Positions 1 through 12,772 of a stretch of DNA of 64,000 bases are shown here, piece by piece; positions within the stretch are counted from its first letter, which is position 1; every line of letters starts with the position of its first letter. This stretch comes from Epithemia pelagica (lineage: Eukaryota; Protista; Bacillariophyta): contig OX337233.1 in the NCBI GenBank assembly GCA_946965045.2, positions 2,294,001-2,358,000 on the forward strand. The letters are read 5' to 3'. The notes beneath the pieces were generated by a model. The model made no database searches. It was not told the DNA's origin and was given only the letters and a program-made list of their open reading frames with translations. Both the position numbers and the translations under genes were made by a program.

Positions 1-483
1 TTCTTTGTCAGATGCATAAAACGATCGACTGCTGTCGTGCGAGAAACCTCCATCCGTGTTGAACACCAATGAATTTTCCACATCAAACGTAACGGTGCAG
101 TTAGGATAAAGCCCTAGCTCTGGAAGAGCTGAGTAGTTGCGCTCATTGAAATGTCTCATGCCCAACACCCCACCTGCCAATTGACTGAAACCATCATTAG
201 TCACGGATGGGTCCTCATCCTTCCCAGTAAAGGCCATATTCGACTTTCCCCTGAAAATTTACCACAAAATGAGCCAAACAAGAAACAACAGCATCATGAA
301 TGAGGACACTCTTTGTCAGACGAGTCCAGCCGATCGAATCTACTGGGAGACAAGAATGGTTCACACTCACCCCATGGTGAAAGGGACAAACATGTGAAGC
401 GAGCACAGTCCATCTTCCCCTATGTCCGAAAACACTTTGTGGAAGCACGAGAAGGCCACTAACATCTGAACAATCCGTCTCAT
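1..483 (-). CDS. 5' part of a class C GPCR-like / ANF-receptor-type extracellular ligand-binding protein (runs off window start)
   Basis: Not in ORF track. ATG at 483, exon 371-483 (MRRIVQMLVAFSCFHKVFS..., signal-peptide-like), GTGAGT..TTTCAG intron 251-370 (phase 2). Exon 2 is open to base 1 and reads ...SQLAGGVLGMRHFNERNYSALPELGLYPNCTVTFD..., which resembles the N-terminus of diatom GABA-B-like receptors (recognition from memory). Confidence 0.6.
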
Positions 484-814
484 GTTTTGGCTTGCCATGT
501 GAAAATATCAAGCCGAATAAGAGAAGAAGGCATAAAAAGTGATCAGAAGTCGCTTATTACGACACTTTCTTCATCATCGCAATAGGCGGAGACTGCATGA
601 AGGCTGGAGATGGAGGCAGTTGGAAGCAGAAGATCTACTATTTTTTTCTCGCGTGTCATGTTGTGTCATGGTACGACTGGATTTGGTATCTTCTAATGAG
701 TACTAGCTAGTACTCGCGGATAGCGGACGCTCGGCGTGTCGCGGATATCTGAGTGACCAAGGCTGAGCCAAGTATCGCCCCAACCCACTGTCCCACCTAC
801 CACAGGTACTTCCC

Positions 815-3469
815 ATGATGTTCACTCAGTTCTCACAAAAAAAACGAACGACGGCAAATCTGGCCAACAACGACCACAATGCAATGGACTGGGCACGGAA
901 CCACGACATAGGTCATAACAGAGTGTTGTCGGGTGGAGGATTTCCGTCTCATGTGGAAAATGACAGTTCTGCCTCGTTGAGAGAAGTTCTTTCGCCCCAC
1001 ACATTCCTTTCTCATTGCGGCAAGGTTTACCGACACCGTCTTCAAACAGCCCTGTTGGACTTGTTACGACAGGGATTAACCAGAAATTCTCCAAGGAATC
1101 TAGGAGGCGTAGTGTCTTATGATTGGAGATGCTTGTCTCAGTGCTTGGCTGCAGTAGATTGGGTTTCGATATTGTCGCAGCATGACCAGCAAAAGAGTCT
1201 CCCACAAACCACGTCATCGAATGTTCCAGAAACCTCTTTGCCGAAACGACATAAAGAAAAGGGTGGTACATTTTCCATACGCAAAGAGACAATTTTAACC
1301 CTGTTTCTCGAGACGATACAAGATCCTGGGACATGGCCAATGGCCTGTTACCTTCCTCTATTGTCAACCTTGATCCAATCTCTACTGGACTACCGTGGAC
1401 ATGCTGACAATGGTAAGGAGGATCCAAAGAAGCGAATTTTTGATCATCACCATGCCCCGGCGTGTACAGTTGTTCGCCATTTTGCCATTCATTCATTACG
1501 TCGCATACCAGCGTTGAGGAGAAGTTGGGAGGAACTATTACCACCATACTGTTTGGAAACATCCTCAAGTGGCATGAGTATATTGCGAATACGGTCAAGA
1601 CTTCAGCTTATCAAGGAGTGGATACAAGAGTTTCCTTCATGTCACAGCTTGTTGATTCCACACCTTTGCTACCACCTGCTTCTTTTGGATCGAATTGAAG
1701 TGTCATCGTCCACAGAGATGGCTGCGACACCAACCGCGCTCAAAGTTCGAGTGGGAGAACAACGTGGCAACAAGACAATTCACTGTGTGTTGGGTCATTC
1801 CAAGATCGTAGACTTCTTACATGGTGACATGAATGATGCGGATCAATGCAGTGAAACGGCATTATCGTCAACCTCAATCGTGAGAGGAGGACAACACTAT
1901 GGTCATACCCATTCGTCCCGGTTTCCATCCACGAAACGGGCCTTACAGTATTCAATGCTTCAGAAAGAAGACAACGATTCTCTGTCCTTACATGTTTCAA
2001 GAGAACGCAAGACGCGACAAATTTTCCGATCTAAATGCTTGGAACTCATATTCCACGAGTCGAGTGGCGAGGTCAGTGTGAGTAAACCAGCCTCGTCATT
2101 GTCAGACAATCGAGAACGACTGGTTGTATTATTTTCACTACTGAATCAAATTACAAGATGCGGGGAAAGTCCTTCTTTTGCTTATTGCATCGTCGACTGG
2201 GTGGAGCAGTGTGGTCGCGGACTTGTATCCATGACGGACCTTGCCATGATGCTTTGGATGCGTCGAGCCCAACATCCCGTTTTCGTTGCCTTGTACTTTG
2301 AGGTTTTGGCCGAGTGCGCTCATTTCGATGATATCGATAGTTTGTGCACAGCCTTGGAGCCATTTGCAATTATGGTTGCAGATGCCATGGAACAGATTTC
2401 CCATGATCAAGAGATTGAAGATGAACGCCAGGATCAAGCTCAAACTTCACCTGGTACCAACACCAAAGGCGGCAGAGTGACAGGCGCACCCTCCTCTGTG
2501 GAACCAATTTATCGATATCATTTTGCGTGGTTGTTGACACGACGAGGTGCGCTACTGAGGGAAAAGGGAGGGAAAACGTTTTTCCCTTCTACAGTGACAC
2601 ATCTTTCGGCAATGTTTGATAAAGTTCACGATTGGGTACCTGCGATAAAAAGTTGTCAGGGAAAGGTGTCTCACAAATCGCAAGCAATGCTTGAAGCACT
2701 ACAACAGGCCGGTGTCTTGGGATTGTCATTAAACGAAAGCACCCAACGAATCCATGCTTCTGGGTGCACATGGCCCCAGTGTCTATTGCGGAAGGGAAGG
2801 ATGTTGTTCGAATTTAGTTGTCGTCGACAAGGCGTTCTTTCGGACATTAGTTTGGTTAACGGAAAGCCAGGACAAAATCATGACTGCAGCTACACTGCCA
2901 AACTCCATCAAACACAAGAAACCTGTCCCATGAATAGTGATGTTTTGTCCCACGTGTTCTCATACCTTGGCTATAAACGAGTGGTGTGGTTAAGAGGTAT
3001 TTGCTCGGATTGGCGCGCAATTGCGGACAACAACCGACTTTGGGCTGAGTTGTACAAGTCTCGTTACCCCTTTCTTCCGGAAGATCGAAACGCTTTACAA
3101 ATGCTCGAGAACAATAACTGCGATGCCAGTAACAACAATGAACCGTCCTGGAAGAAATTATTTCAAGATAAGTGGGCGGCCGAGCGTGAAGTTCGGTCAC
3201 TCCGTGGTCAAAGCAATCGAGATTACGTTCTCTGTGGGTTTGTTGGATGCAACAAAGTTCTACCGTCTATCGCAAGTCGCCGAAAACATCATGAGCAGCA
3301 CTGCCGTCGTGATCATTCATCCAAAAAGAAGCCAACACAGAAAAAGCGGCATCGGTCAACGGAGGGAAGATCAACATGTTCAGTGACGATTCGGTCTAAG
3401 AAGAAGGCGAGAGATGCATTTCCCTCTCGCGGTGACGATGATAATACGGCAAGCCATCAAGCTCATTGA
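815..3469 (+). CDS. F-box protein with C-terminal C2H2-like zinc finger and basic tail
   Basis: 884-aa ORF; F-box-like MNSDVLSHVFSYLGYKRVVWLRGICSDWRAIADNNRLW; CGFVGC..RRKHHEQH; KKKPTQKKR NLS-like stretch. Start codon uncertain. Confidence 0.7.
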   Translation: MMFTQFSQKKRTTANLANNDHNAMDWARNHDIGHNRVLSGGGFPSHVENDSSASLREVLSPHTFLSHCGKVYRHRLQTALLDLLRQGLTRNSPRNLGGVVSYDWRCLSQCLAAVDWVSILSQHDQQKSLPQTTSSNVPETSLPKRHKEKGGTFSIRKETILTLFLETIQDPGTWPMACYLPLLSTLIQSLLDYRGHADNGKEDPKKRIFDHHHAPACTVVRHFAIHSLRRIPALRRSWEELLPPYCLETSSSGMSILRIRSRLQLIKEWIQEFPSCHSLLIPHLCYHLLLLDRIEVSSSTEMAATPTALKVRVGEQRGNKTIHCVLGHSKIVDFLHGDMNDADQCSETALSSTSIVRGGQHYGHTHSSRFPSTKRALQYSMLQKEDNDSLSLHVSRERKTRQIFRSKCLELIFHESSGEVSVSKPASSLSDNRERLVVLFSLLNQITRCGESPSFAYCIVDWVEQCGRGLVSMTDLAMMLWMRRAQHPVFVALYFEVLAECAHFDDIDSLCTALEPFAIMVADAMEQISHDQEIEDERQDQAQTSPGTNTKGGRVTGAPSSVEPIYRYHFAWLLTRRGALLREKGGKTFFPSTVTHLSAMFDKVHDWVPAIKSCQGKVSHKSQAMLEALQQAGVLGLSLNESTQRIHASGCTWPQCLLRKGRMLFEFSCRRQGVLSDISLVNGKPGQNHDCSYTAKLHQTQETCPMNSDVLSHVFSYLGYKRVVWLRGICSDWRAIADNNRLWAELYKSRYPFLPEDRNALQMLENNNCDASNNNEPSWKKLFQDKWAAEREVRSLRGQSNRDYVLCGFVGCNKVLPSIASRRKHHEQHCRRDHSSKKKPTQKKRHRSTEGRSTCSVTIRSKKKARDAFPSRGDDDNTASHQAH

Positions 3470-3644
3470 AGAGATTTACTGATGTTTGTTTTCAACTTTG
3501 ATTGCATTCAGAATCCTTTTTGCATTCAGAATCCTTTCAAATTCGCATAGATGGAATCGCGTTCATTTGTACAACCCAAGAATATCTATTGGATTACTCT
3601 GGAATCAGAGAGATCCGATATCCTTACGTTCCGTGTTGCTGTAA

Positions 3645-4736
3645 CTAGTGAGATCCTGTGGCGGGCAATCCCAGGCTTTGTTTCACGATGTCGTATATCA
3701 CCAATTGCGTGGTGATGATCAGTCCAACATGCACAATCCGAGCATTTGTACCAGTAAAGAAGCGAGGGATGCCACCATCTCCGTACAGGCGAGTTATGAC
3801 GTTCGAAAATCTTCGACTCTGGGAGTCAGTCACTTTTCTCCCTGGGGGAGGACGGTACGTTTCTGTCAAAATCATATCGCCGGGTTGCGAGAAGATACAG
3901 GCAATCAACGAAGCGCAAAATGCAGCCAACACAGAGACGACCCACTTTACCTCCGAACCACTCAGAAATTTCAATTGATCCTGAAAAATATAGCAGAGTT
4001 GGTAAAGTTTCCGCGCAAACACGTCAAATGATACCTGTTTTCCGAACGTGTAAGGCACTTGTTTACTTAGCATTGCCCACAAGCAATCGAAAATCGAACC
4101 AAAGCCCTCGTCAGCTGCGATCTTAGATAGCCCCGTTAACAGATTCTTCCCCTTGTAATTTTTATCTGTTACAATTTTGATTCGCGTGGATTCCATTGGA
4201 CAAAGTAGAAAGGCTGCGAAGGCACCAGCGACAACGGAGGCACAAAGAAAGGCTAAAGCTGGATGATCAGGTCCTCCACCACTCGACATGGATTTGAAGA
4301 GTTCTCCAAAGACTGGTTTCATGATTTCATAAACTCCAAACTGCACAACAAAAGTCATGCTTGTTCAGGATACGTCTGAGATGATAATGTCGCTTCCAGC
4401 ATCAATATTTACCTTCATGGCACCTTCGACACCATAGCCAACGACCGTGGGTCCAAGTCCACCCAAAAGAGCCCCAGGGCCGTCGGACTTGATGATATCT
4501 AGGGCCGACGCCGCCATCCCTTTGTTGTACTTTCGCGGATTCGCTTGGATCTTTGTTTTAACAACATCAATTGGAGTGGTAATGCCGTGTGAAATGGCGG
4601 CACAGGTGCCACCTGCCACAAAATATCGATAATCAATGGATTTCAACGTTTGCAAAGCCGAGGAAGCTGCCAACTTGGACTCCACCAAGCCGACTGGAGC
4701 AGCAAGGGCGCCGCACAAGATCTTAAGCAACTTCAT
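3645..4736 (-). CDS. SLC25A3: Mitochondrial carrier family phosphate carrier (PiC/MIR1-like), 2 exons
   Basis: Carrier motifs HGITTPIDVVKTKIQ, GYGVEGAMK|FGVYE, LCPMESTRIK, KQVPYT, SQPGD. Intron 4341-4412 (GT..CAG) joins ORFs 4365-4754 and 3645-4358 in frame. ATG taken at 4736. Confidence 0.9.
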
Positions 4737-5060
4737 GGTGAAGAAAGAAACCAAGGGAACTCAATGGGAAACTCCAATCACACAAACAATCCCCACAATA
4801 ACAAAATGAACGTTTGATGTTTTGATTCTCGATTTGACATGACACGTGGTGGAAGGAATCTTCAAAACAAAAAAATGAAAAAGATTATCGTGGACTTTTC
4901 AATCGGGCGGGACCCGATGTGAGAAACCCGGATGTAGATTATTGCTTACCGTTTTACTATTGCGGAGTACCCATGATCATTTCTACAAAGCGGCAGCAAC
5001 AAGAGACCGCAGATAGAACGTTTGTTGTTCAACCTGAACAGAACAAGGATACTCAATTGA

Positions 5061-5468
<408 letters not shown>

Positions 5469-5828
5469 ACTAAAGTTCCAGGTCATTTCGTTTCAATCCG
5501 TTGGACGCCTTTGTTTCTTTGGGAAACGATTCGAGGGAAAGCTTGAGACAGTCCAGTGAGAGATGATATTGCATTTGTTCAAGGTGCTTGTTGTCTTGCA
5601 TATTGGGAATTAGGTAGATGAGGATCGTCAACCACACAGTCTACCTTACTCCTAGGAGTCGGACTTCACCCCTCTAGCTAGCCACAATTACGACATGATA
5701 GGTGTAACATATTATGTAGCGTCCCTAACCGTTGTGGCCTTCGGTGATGCGTCTGGCTTCCACGTGCCAAACCGAGAAGTGCGACATCTCCATCAACATT
5801 CACACAATTTCTCCAGTGCACAACAACC

Positions 5829-7253
5829 ATGACAAACAAAGCTAAGAAACCAAAAGTCAAGATTGGTGAACCGCCTGCAATCGACAAACTGCTAAAGCCT
5901 GCCATTGGAGTTGCGTTGGCTCTGGTGGCTTACCAGTTTGTGCGAGGGTTGGGAGGGGTACGTTTTTGGTGATCTGTTGTTGCGTACGCCTCGTTCGTTA
6001 GGTCTGACGTCTCCTCTGTTGTCACCAATGTGTTCTTTTGTTTCATTGCCCTCTAGATTAAACGCGTCAATCTTTCCGATGAGAGTGAGTTGCGTGATGT
6101 CTTCTTTGGAGAAGGAAAAACGGGGAAATCCTACGCCGTCCTCTGCCACGATGAAGACTCGACAGCTCCCATCAGTTCTGTCTTTCAAGAGGCGTTCAAG
6201 GATGGTTCAGCGAAATCAGCTGAATTCCGTTTGTTAGATTGTAACTATATTCTTCCTTCATCGGAAAAGTCAGTAGCTGACCGCTTCAATCTGGATATGA
6301 CTAAGCGTCCAACTATCTTCTTGTCCGGTGCTGTTGGCGCTCCTAAACAGATTGACGAGAAGTTCTTGAAGACAGGCCCAATGCTTGTAAAGTACCTTCG
6401 GGGTAAACTTGAAGGCCGGGCCGCAAAAATTGAAACAACTATTGATCTCAAGACAAAGTGTCTTGACAAGAACTATTGTGCCATCGTTCTCAAAGGGTCC
6501 AAGAAACCCCCTTCACACATTAAGGATGCCATGGGTAAACTACTCAAGGACTTCCCGGACGTTGCATTTGCCTCGATTGATTCCAGTGTCCTCTATTTGT
6601 TGAACTTAGAAGACCTACTTCCGGAGCTAGAGAACGAAATGGCACGTTTCGTTGTTTTCAAGAAGGTTAGTGGTTCGTTGGAACCTGGTGGTAGTCGTTT
6701 GATCACCAGCTATGCAGCCATCCCCAATTCAGCAAGTGTTAGATATGAATACATGAACAATCTTGTGTCCAGTGTTATACAAGGATCAGAACCAGTTACA
6801 AAACTATCGTCGCTGCCAGTGGTCAAGACAAGAACTAAGAAATTGGAAGAATCTGAAAAGGCGAAACGACAACGGCGTTTGGACCAACACCGACGGCAAG
6901 AGGAAAAGGCTCAAGGCGGAGGGAGCAGCAGTTCGAGTGGAGGAAGTTCCGAAAATGACGGCAGTCGTGAAGGCCGTCGGGCCGAACGCGAACGCCGGCG
7001 CCAGGAGCACAATGAAAAGAACAATGTCAAACCCAAGACGCCTGAAGAAATTGCCGAAATGGAACGTCGACGTCGTGCTCGTATGGAAGAAGAAGCCGCC
7101 AAATGGAACGTGGCACCAGACGATGCACCGGACGAAGGTGATCTTGTGGATGACGGCGGGGAGCGCGAGGTTATGGAAGAAGTAGAGGATGAAGTTATTG
7201 AAGACCTTGATGCCAATGAAGAGGAAGACGAAGATATTATTGATCTTGACTAG
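5829..7253 (+). CDS. Uncharacterised single-pass membrane protein with possible thioredoxin-like folds and charged C-terminal tail, 2 exons
   Basis: Exon 5829-5957 (MTNKAKKPKV..PAIGVALALVAYQFVRGLGG, TM-like); intron 5958-6056 GTACGT..CTCTAG; exon 2 in frame with ORF 6090-7253. Confidence 0.7.
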
Positions 7254-7489
7254 CGATTAACGCACGATCTATACGCACACACGTACGTATGTTTTTTTTC
7301 TACAGAGGTCATCCACCGTTTTGTCCCAGAAGCCACAGCGTCGGTATTGCATGCATATCAAGTTGGTAGAAAGCTGATGTCATACGAACCAAAAATAACC
7401 CCATCAACCACGTTTCTTAACTAATGTATAGAATGGAGACATCTCCCTCGCTAGCTATATAGATGCCCTGTATTGTCATCAATCTCTCT

Positions 7490-8779
7490 TCAGTTTCCAC
7501 ATTGCCCCAATCTTTCTTCCAGTTCCCGTACATGATTCCTCAGTCTGCCGAGTTCGTCGGTAAGTTCTCCAATAGTCCCCTGTGATTGCGCTTGTTCTTG
7601 GTACAAAAGCTGCACTTCATGTTCCAATTCTTGTGCCCGTGTCGTTAATTTTTCTTCTTGTTCCGCCAACACTTCAGCTCGTTGTCGCCATTCGTTCCGT
7701 TCTTGTGCGGCCCCTTGCGATGCTCGAACCATTCGTTCCAAGTTCTCTGTTCGCTCTCGCCACTCTTGCACAATCGATTCATGCTCGTGAGTCTGGTGAT
7801 TAACTCGCTCTTCCAAGGCAACATTCTTATTACGCAAATCGTTTCTTTCCTCCGCGACCTGGGCCATGGCGGTAGCGTGGTGTTGAGCTTCCGCTGAAAT
7901 GCGCTTTTCCAGCTCTCCATTCTTTTCCTCCATATCTGCATGTCTCCCACTCCAATGGAAGATCTCCCGGTCACGCTTCTGGCGCTCTTCTTGCAAACGC
8001 TGCTCAAACCCTTCTTTTTCGACCAATAGAGCTTGTCGCTGATTACTCATATTCTGGAACTCGGTCTTTAGACTGGCCAAAGCCGAAGCCTGAGATTTGC
8101 TCGAATTCTGCAAGCGTTCCAAAATCCGACCCAATGAGACTACAGAATCCAAACCCGATGACAATTCCTCGGTGTCAGCCCCTGCAAGAGTCGCCAACTC
8201 GTTCAATTGTACCTCTGTATCCAATCTCGACTGAGCCCATAACCCTAGACTGGCAACATTGGACAATACCAAGGCGATTGAAAGCAACACATGCAGGATC
8301 GAAACACCCCTAGAGCTTGAAGTTTTACTAGAGGGTGCTTGTGCAAGGTCACCCTCGGTGTTGCTGCTTTTGTCCGAGGTGGTTGTTGCTGCAGGAGCAG
8401 AGGGACGAATCGTAGATTGTGGAGTTACGAGCATACCATTGGTCGTTTTGGAAGAAGGTGAACTCTTGGCTTCAGCGGCAGTAGGGGGATCCAATTCAGC
8501 AAGCTTGCCTCGAGGTGGTTGGGGGATCACATCCTGCGAGGCATATCCATTCAAATTCAAAGTGTGTGTCTCGGCAACCGCAGATGCAGTTACGGCACTC
8601 CTTTGCTCTTGACGGCTCGCCGCAGAACGCGTGGTACGAACATTGGTTGGTGCAGGTTGTTTGGGGGCCTCGTTCGTGGTCGCCGAGGCAGGGAGAGGAT
8701 CCGTTGTTTTGGCCTTTTTCTTGGGAAGCTTTTCGGCCTTGGTGTCGCTGCTGCGCTTGCTTACAGAATCGGTGCTCAT
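7490..8779 (-). CDS. Membrane-anchored coiled-coil protein of unknown function
   Basis: Low-complexity S/T/P N-half, TM helix VSILHVLLSIALVLSNVASLGLWA, long heptad-rich C-half. First ATG at 8779. Confidence 0.65.
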   Translation of the reverse strand: MSTDSVSKRSSDTKAEKLPKKKAKTTDPLPASATTNEAPKQPAPTNVRTTRSAASRQEQRSAVTASAVAETHTLNLNGYASQDVIPQPPRGKLAELDPPTAAEAKSSPSSKTTNGMLVTPQSTIRPSAPAATTTSDKSSNTEGDLAQAPSSKTSSSRGVSILHVLLSIALVLSNVASLGLWAQSRLDTEVQLNELATLAGADTEELSSGLDSVVSLGRILERLQNSSKSQASALASLKTEFQNMSNQRQALLVEKEGFEQRLQEERQKRDREIFHWSGRHADMEEKNGELEKRISAEAQHHATAMAQVAEERNDLRNKNVALEERVNHQTHEHESIVQEWRERTENLERMVRASQGAAQERNEWRQRAEVLAEQEEKLTTRAQELEHEVQLLYQEQAQSQGTIGELTDELGRLRNHVRELEERLGQCGN

Positions 8780-9297
8780 GAGTCCGTTCGTCGATGCCAA
8801 AGAGAGGAAAGGTGCAAACCTTGCTGGAGACAGCAATGAATCGTAGTCTTGGTAGAACGCCCCAACTATGAACGCTTGAAGAGAACGTCAATCCAAAGGA
8901 TGGATGCTTTCTATGCGATCGTCTCGGCACCGCCTAAAATGGAGGGAAGTGAGAAGTGGTGTCAACAGGTGCTCTCGTTTGTTCAACGTCTTTGGTTGGA
9001 GTTTGTGTCTTTGCCGCCCTTTTTCTTTTAGAGCGTCTGTGGGGGATGCGCACTGTCACTCTGGGTCATTGTTTGGTGGGCTTCCTCGGACCCCCGACGA
9101 CAGAGTTCGGCTAATGACGTATGATGGAACTCAGACTCGCACCAACCAATCAAATCACTTTCTTACGCCGTTCTGCGTACAGTTTGGATCAAAGTGAATA
9201 TGTTTCTGGTTCTGGTACGAATACGAGTATTCTCACTTCTCACTACAATCTGCAATAAAGTGGCTCTGCGCTGTTTACTGTAGACGCAAAAGTACAC

Positions 9298-11120
9298 ATG
9301 CATTCTTCAAATCCAGTCGCATTATTTCTCCTCGCCTTGGGTAGCTACTGTAGCAACTGGCGACAAAATAGACTGGAATTTTTTTCTCTTCCGTCGTCTT
9401 CTCTAGGGAAAATGTCCGGAGAGGTGAGCACCATGTCGATGGTGCCAGTCCTCACGTTTGTTTGGTACAGCTTTTTGACTGGACTTGCTATAATACTCAC
9501 CGCATTGCTGAATCGTCTCGTACAATGGATTGTTTCACCTCTGAGAAAGCTTCCAGGCCCCAAGGGAAGGCACCTTCCACTGGGCAACTTGCCCGAGATC
9601 TTACGCGAACCCCTGTTTAATCCAGCCCGACGGTGGTGGAACGATGCGGGAGAGGATGCACCCTTACTCCATTACACGGTTGTCTTTTGGAAGCAATGCC
9701 TCGTTATTCTTGATAAGGAGCTTATCAAAACGATTTTGACATCTAGCTACGGCAAGGAATCTCCAAGATTCACCAGGCGTGTCCAAATATTAAAAGATAC
9801 TGTCGGCAATGGCTTGGTGACGGTACAAAGTCAAGAATGGGTCCGCCATCGTCGGATCTTACAGCCAGCGTTTAATACCCGATTTCTCAAGGATACAATG
9901 GCGGTGGCCGTGCCGCCTCGTGTGAAACGATTCATTCAAGCGTGGAAACCAGGAGTCGATCAAGGATGGGAAATGGATATCAATTCGCACATGTCAATTC
10001 TGACCTTGGACATTGTCGGAGATGTGGCGTTTTCGCATGATTTCAAAGCCTTGGATAGACTGGATGAATGGTCCAAATTACATCAGTCCATGAAACCCGA
10101 CGAAAATAGTCTAAAAATGGCTGACGTGGGTGACAAAATGCTTTCGTACTTTACCAAATTAACGGGGTTTAACGTTATCACTCTTGTCTGTGTCATGCTT
10201 AACATGGACAAACTGAACTGGTACATCAATGGACGCCTTCGTCAAGACCGAAAGTTTCTAGATGCCGAAGTGGACAAAATTGTGGCCATGGCACGTAAGG
10301 ACAATACCAAAGCTCGTTCCCTCCTGCACCTGATGCTTCATGCGCGAGATCCAGAAATTGAAGGAGAAATGGGACGACTGAGCGATTCTGATCTTCGAGA
10401 TGAGGTCAAAACCTTTATGATTGCTGGTCACGAAACCACGTCGACATGGTTGCACTGGGCTATGTATGCCATGGTAAAGTATCCAGACGTCCAAGAACGC
10501 TTGTATCAGGAGGTTATGAAGTATGCATCAACAGATGACTCGGATGAAACATTTTCATTGGATCAAGTCGAACAGATGGAATATTTGGGTGCATTCTTGC
10601 AAGAGGTATTGCGCATGTTTCCACCTGTGGGAGTTTTTATTCGCTACAATGCCTTTCCAGAAAAGTGGCATGGAGTCACTGTTCCACCTGACACGAGATT
10701 GTTTGTGTCACCTCATTTATTACAACGCCATCCAAAGTACTGGGACCAGCCCGACACGTTTTTGCCTGAACGTTGGATTAATGTATCAGCCGAAGAGGCG
10801 GAAAGGCGTCGGTTTGCCTTTATCCCTTTCTCTGCTGGAGGAAGAAACTGTAAGTTCTTTCCTGTGCATTCAGTCTTCAATCTTGGCTCTTGGAAACTAT
10901 TTCTGTGTTGGAAAGCTGACGTGTGAATCATCTTTTTCTTCCCACAGGCATTGGTCAACAATTCGCAACGATAGAAGCCAAATTGATTCTTGCACCAATC
11001 ATTCGGGCATTTCGAATTGTTGGCGCACCGTCGCAGAGAGATACAGACTTTTCATTTCGCTTACGAGGCATCACAATGAAAACAAAACCGGAATTCAAAA
11101 TTTCGCTCCGATCCCGATGA
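9298..11120 (+). CDS. Cytochrome P450 (copy A), 2 exons
   Basis: AGHETT I-helix, EVLR ExxR, PERW, heme motif FIPFSAGGRNC|IG. The Cys codon is split by intron 10850-10947. Start at 9298 or 9412. Confidence 0.95.
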
Positions 11121-11632
11121 ATGCATGGCGATGCTCACGTTATAATACCTTCCAGATGTTTCCTAGAAACAACTAGAGCTCCCGAAAGATCATTACTTTT
11201 ACTTTCGCTGGTTAGAAAGAGACAAGATCTCATTTGAGGTTTTAGGTTGCGCATTCATAGAACGCCTCTTGAAAAGGGGACGGGTTATAGGAATAAGCCC
11301 GACCACTCGACCAATAGCATTTGGCACCCAGCCCTTACTCAACACTGCCACCGGGGCGAGGCAGGCCGAGATTACCAGGAGCCTCCAAAGGTTCGCTAGG
11401 AAGCTACAGCAGGCCAGAATGAAGTTGGAATCGTCGTCATCTGGAATATAAAGGGTAAGGCACATTCACGGATGCATGAAAGGACAGCCAGATGGTCGTC
11501 CAGCTCATCCGGAAGTCTGTGGATAAGCCTCCTTACTACCCGTCTTGCGACAGGAGAGTCCATTCCCTTCTCGTCCCTCTTCGGCAACAGAAAGGTCGCG
11601 CGAGAAAGGCTAGTAGTCGGCTCTTTTCGTAG

Positions 11633-12772
11633 CTACTCAAACGTGGGCTGCCTGGGTCGTAATGGTGACTTGCACCAGCAGCAGGTGTTTTCCCTCCTCG
11701 GTGGCCTTGGTGTGGTGGCAGTTCTGATTGCAGGTGTTGGAGGAGTATCGTCGGTTCCGTTTAACTCTGCAAGCACTTGATAGATAGTCAAATCGTATCG
11801 ATTTTCGGCCGGGACGGTTTCGAGAAAATCATCAATCGCGTTCCCAACGGCCGTCCTCTCTTCCTGTGAGCTTGTCGCAAATTTAGGTAGCAGTAGAATT
11901 GACTGCCTCATCACATGGTTGTCCCACGACATGCTGCAGTGCCGCCTCCAGTCAATTTCGAAGTCATCCGTAATCTCGCTGACCTGAACTCGGAAAGCAA
12001 TCTCGCGGAAAGAGTCGAGCCGGACCAATGGTTGAATGGAGGCAAGTTTATTCCGAGAAACAGAGTAATTTGCAGAAGCAACGTTCGACGTCAAAACAAT
12101 AGAGTAGACGTTCTTCCCTCGCAGACGAGTCTTCAGTTGCATCAGTAGCCGAATGTCGTGGTGATTCGGTCCGTTTGGCATAAAATCATCTAAGATAAGG
12201 TAGGACGGATTAGGGCCTTTCGTGTCGTGCAGCTCGGCAACCAAAGTATTCACGAGGCCCATGCCACTTTCTGCATCTAAACCCAACTGAAGAAGAATGT
12301 TGTCGACATACGTCAGGTTGTTATCGGGCGGCGAAAAGGCTATAGCTTTCCCTTGTGCGTAGTTCTTCAAGAACGCATAACAACCCATCGACTTTCCCTT
12401 GCTCGGCGGAACATAGGCAACGTAGACAACCCCTTCAGTGCGTAGACATGTCCTCATTAGGGAGAGAATTGGTGTGGACGCATAGGAGGCACGAAGAAAC
12501 GGCTCGAAGTCATCCCCCGGAACGAGCATGCGTTGTTCAAAGGCCGCTGTGATTTTCTCTCTCAATTTTTTCTCGTTGCTGCTTTTCCCATCCAAAATCC
12601 AGTTTAGAGCGGCAAGCGATAGTTGCGTTGTTACTATTGTTGCCGCCGAGTTTGCTGCTGCGGTTGCAGCTCCGGTCGCAAGGGTAGCCATGGTCAGAAG
12701 CCCATTGTCGTCTCTCTTCTGATTTTTGATTGCCCGTAGACAGGCTAGAAAGGATGCAAGGACAGACGCCAC
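11633..12772 (-). CDS. Uncharacterised P-loop NTPase-like protein
   Basis: 379-aa ORF; degenerate Walker A VAYVPPSKGKS, Walker B YLILDD, N-terminal hydrophobic segment, C-terminal CCWC. First in-frame ATG 12691; an upstream exon is possible. Confidence 0.55.
   Translation of the reverse strand: MASVLASFLACLRAIKNQKRDDNGLLTMATLATGAATAAANSAATIVTTQLSLAALNWILDGKSSNEKKLREKITAAFEQRMLVPGDDFEPFLRASYASTPILSLMRTCLRTEGVVYVAYVPPSKGKSMGCYAFLKNYAQGKAIAFSPPDNNLTYVDNILLQLGLDAESGMGLVNTLVAELHDTKGPNPSYLILDDFMPNGPNHHDIRLLMQLKTRLRGKNVYSIVLTSNVASANYSVSRNKLASIQPLVRLDSFREIAFRVQVSEITDDFEIDWRRHCSMSWDNHVMRQSILLLPKFATSSQEERTAVGNAIDDFLETVPAENRYDLTIYQVLAELNGTDDTPPTPAIRTATTPRPPRRENTCCWCKSPLRPRQPTFE

Noticed and set aside
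3502-3537. 18-bp tandem duplication TTGCATTCAGAATCCTTT x2
   Set aside because: Real but an ordinary slippage duplication in a convergent 3' intergenic region.
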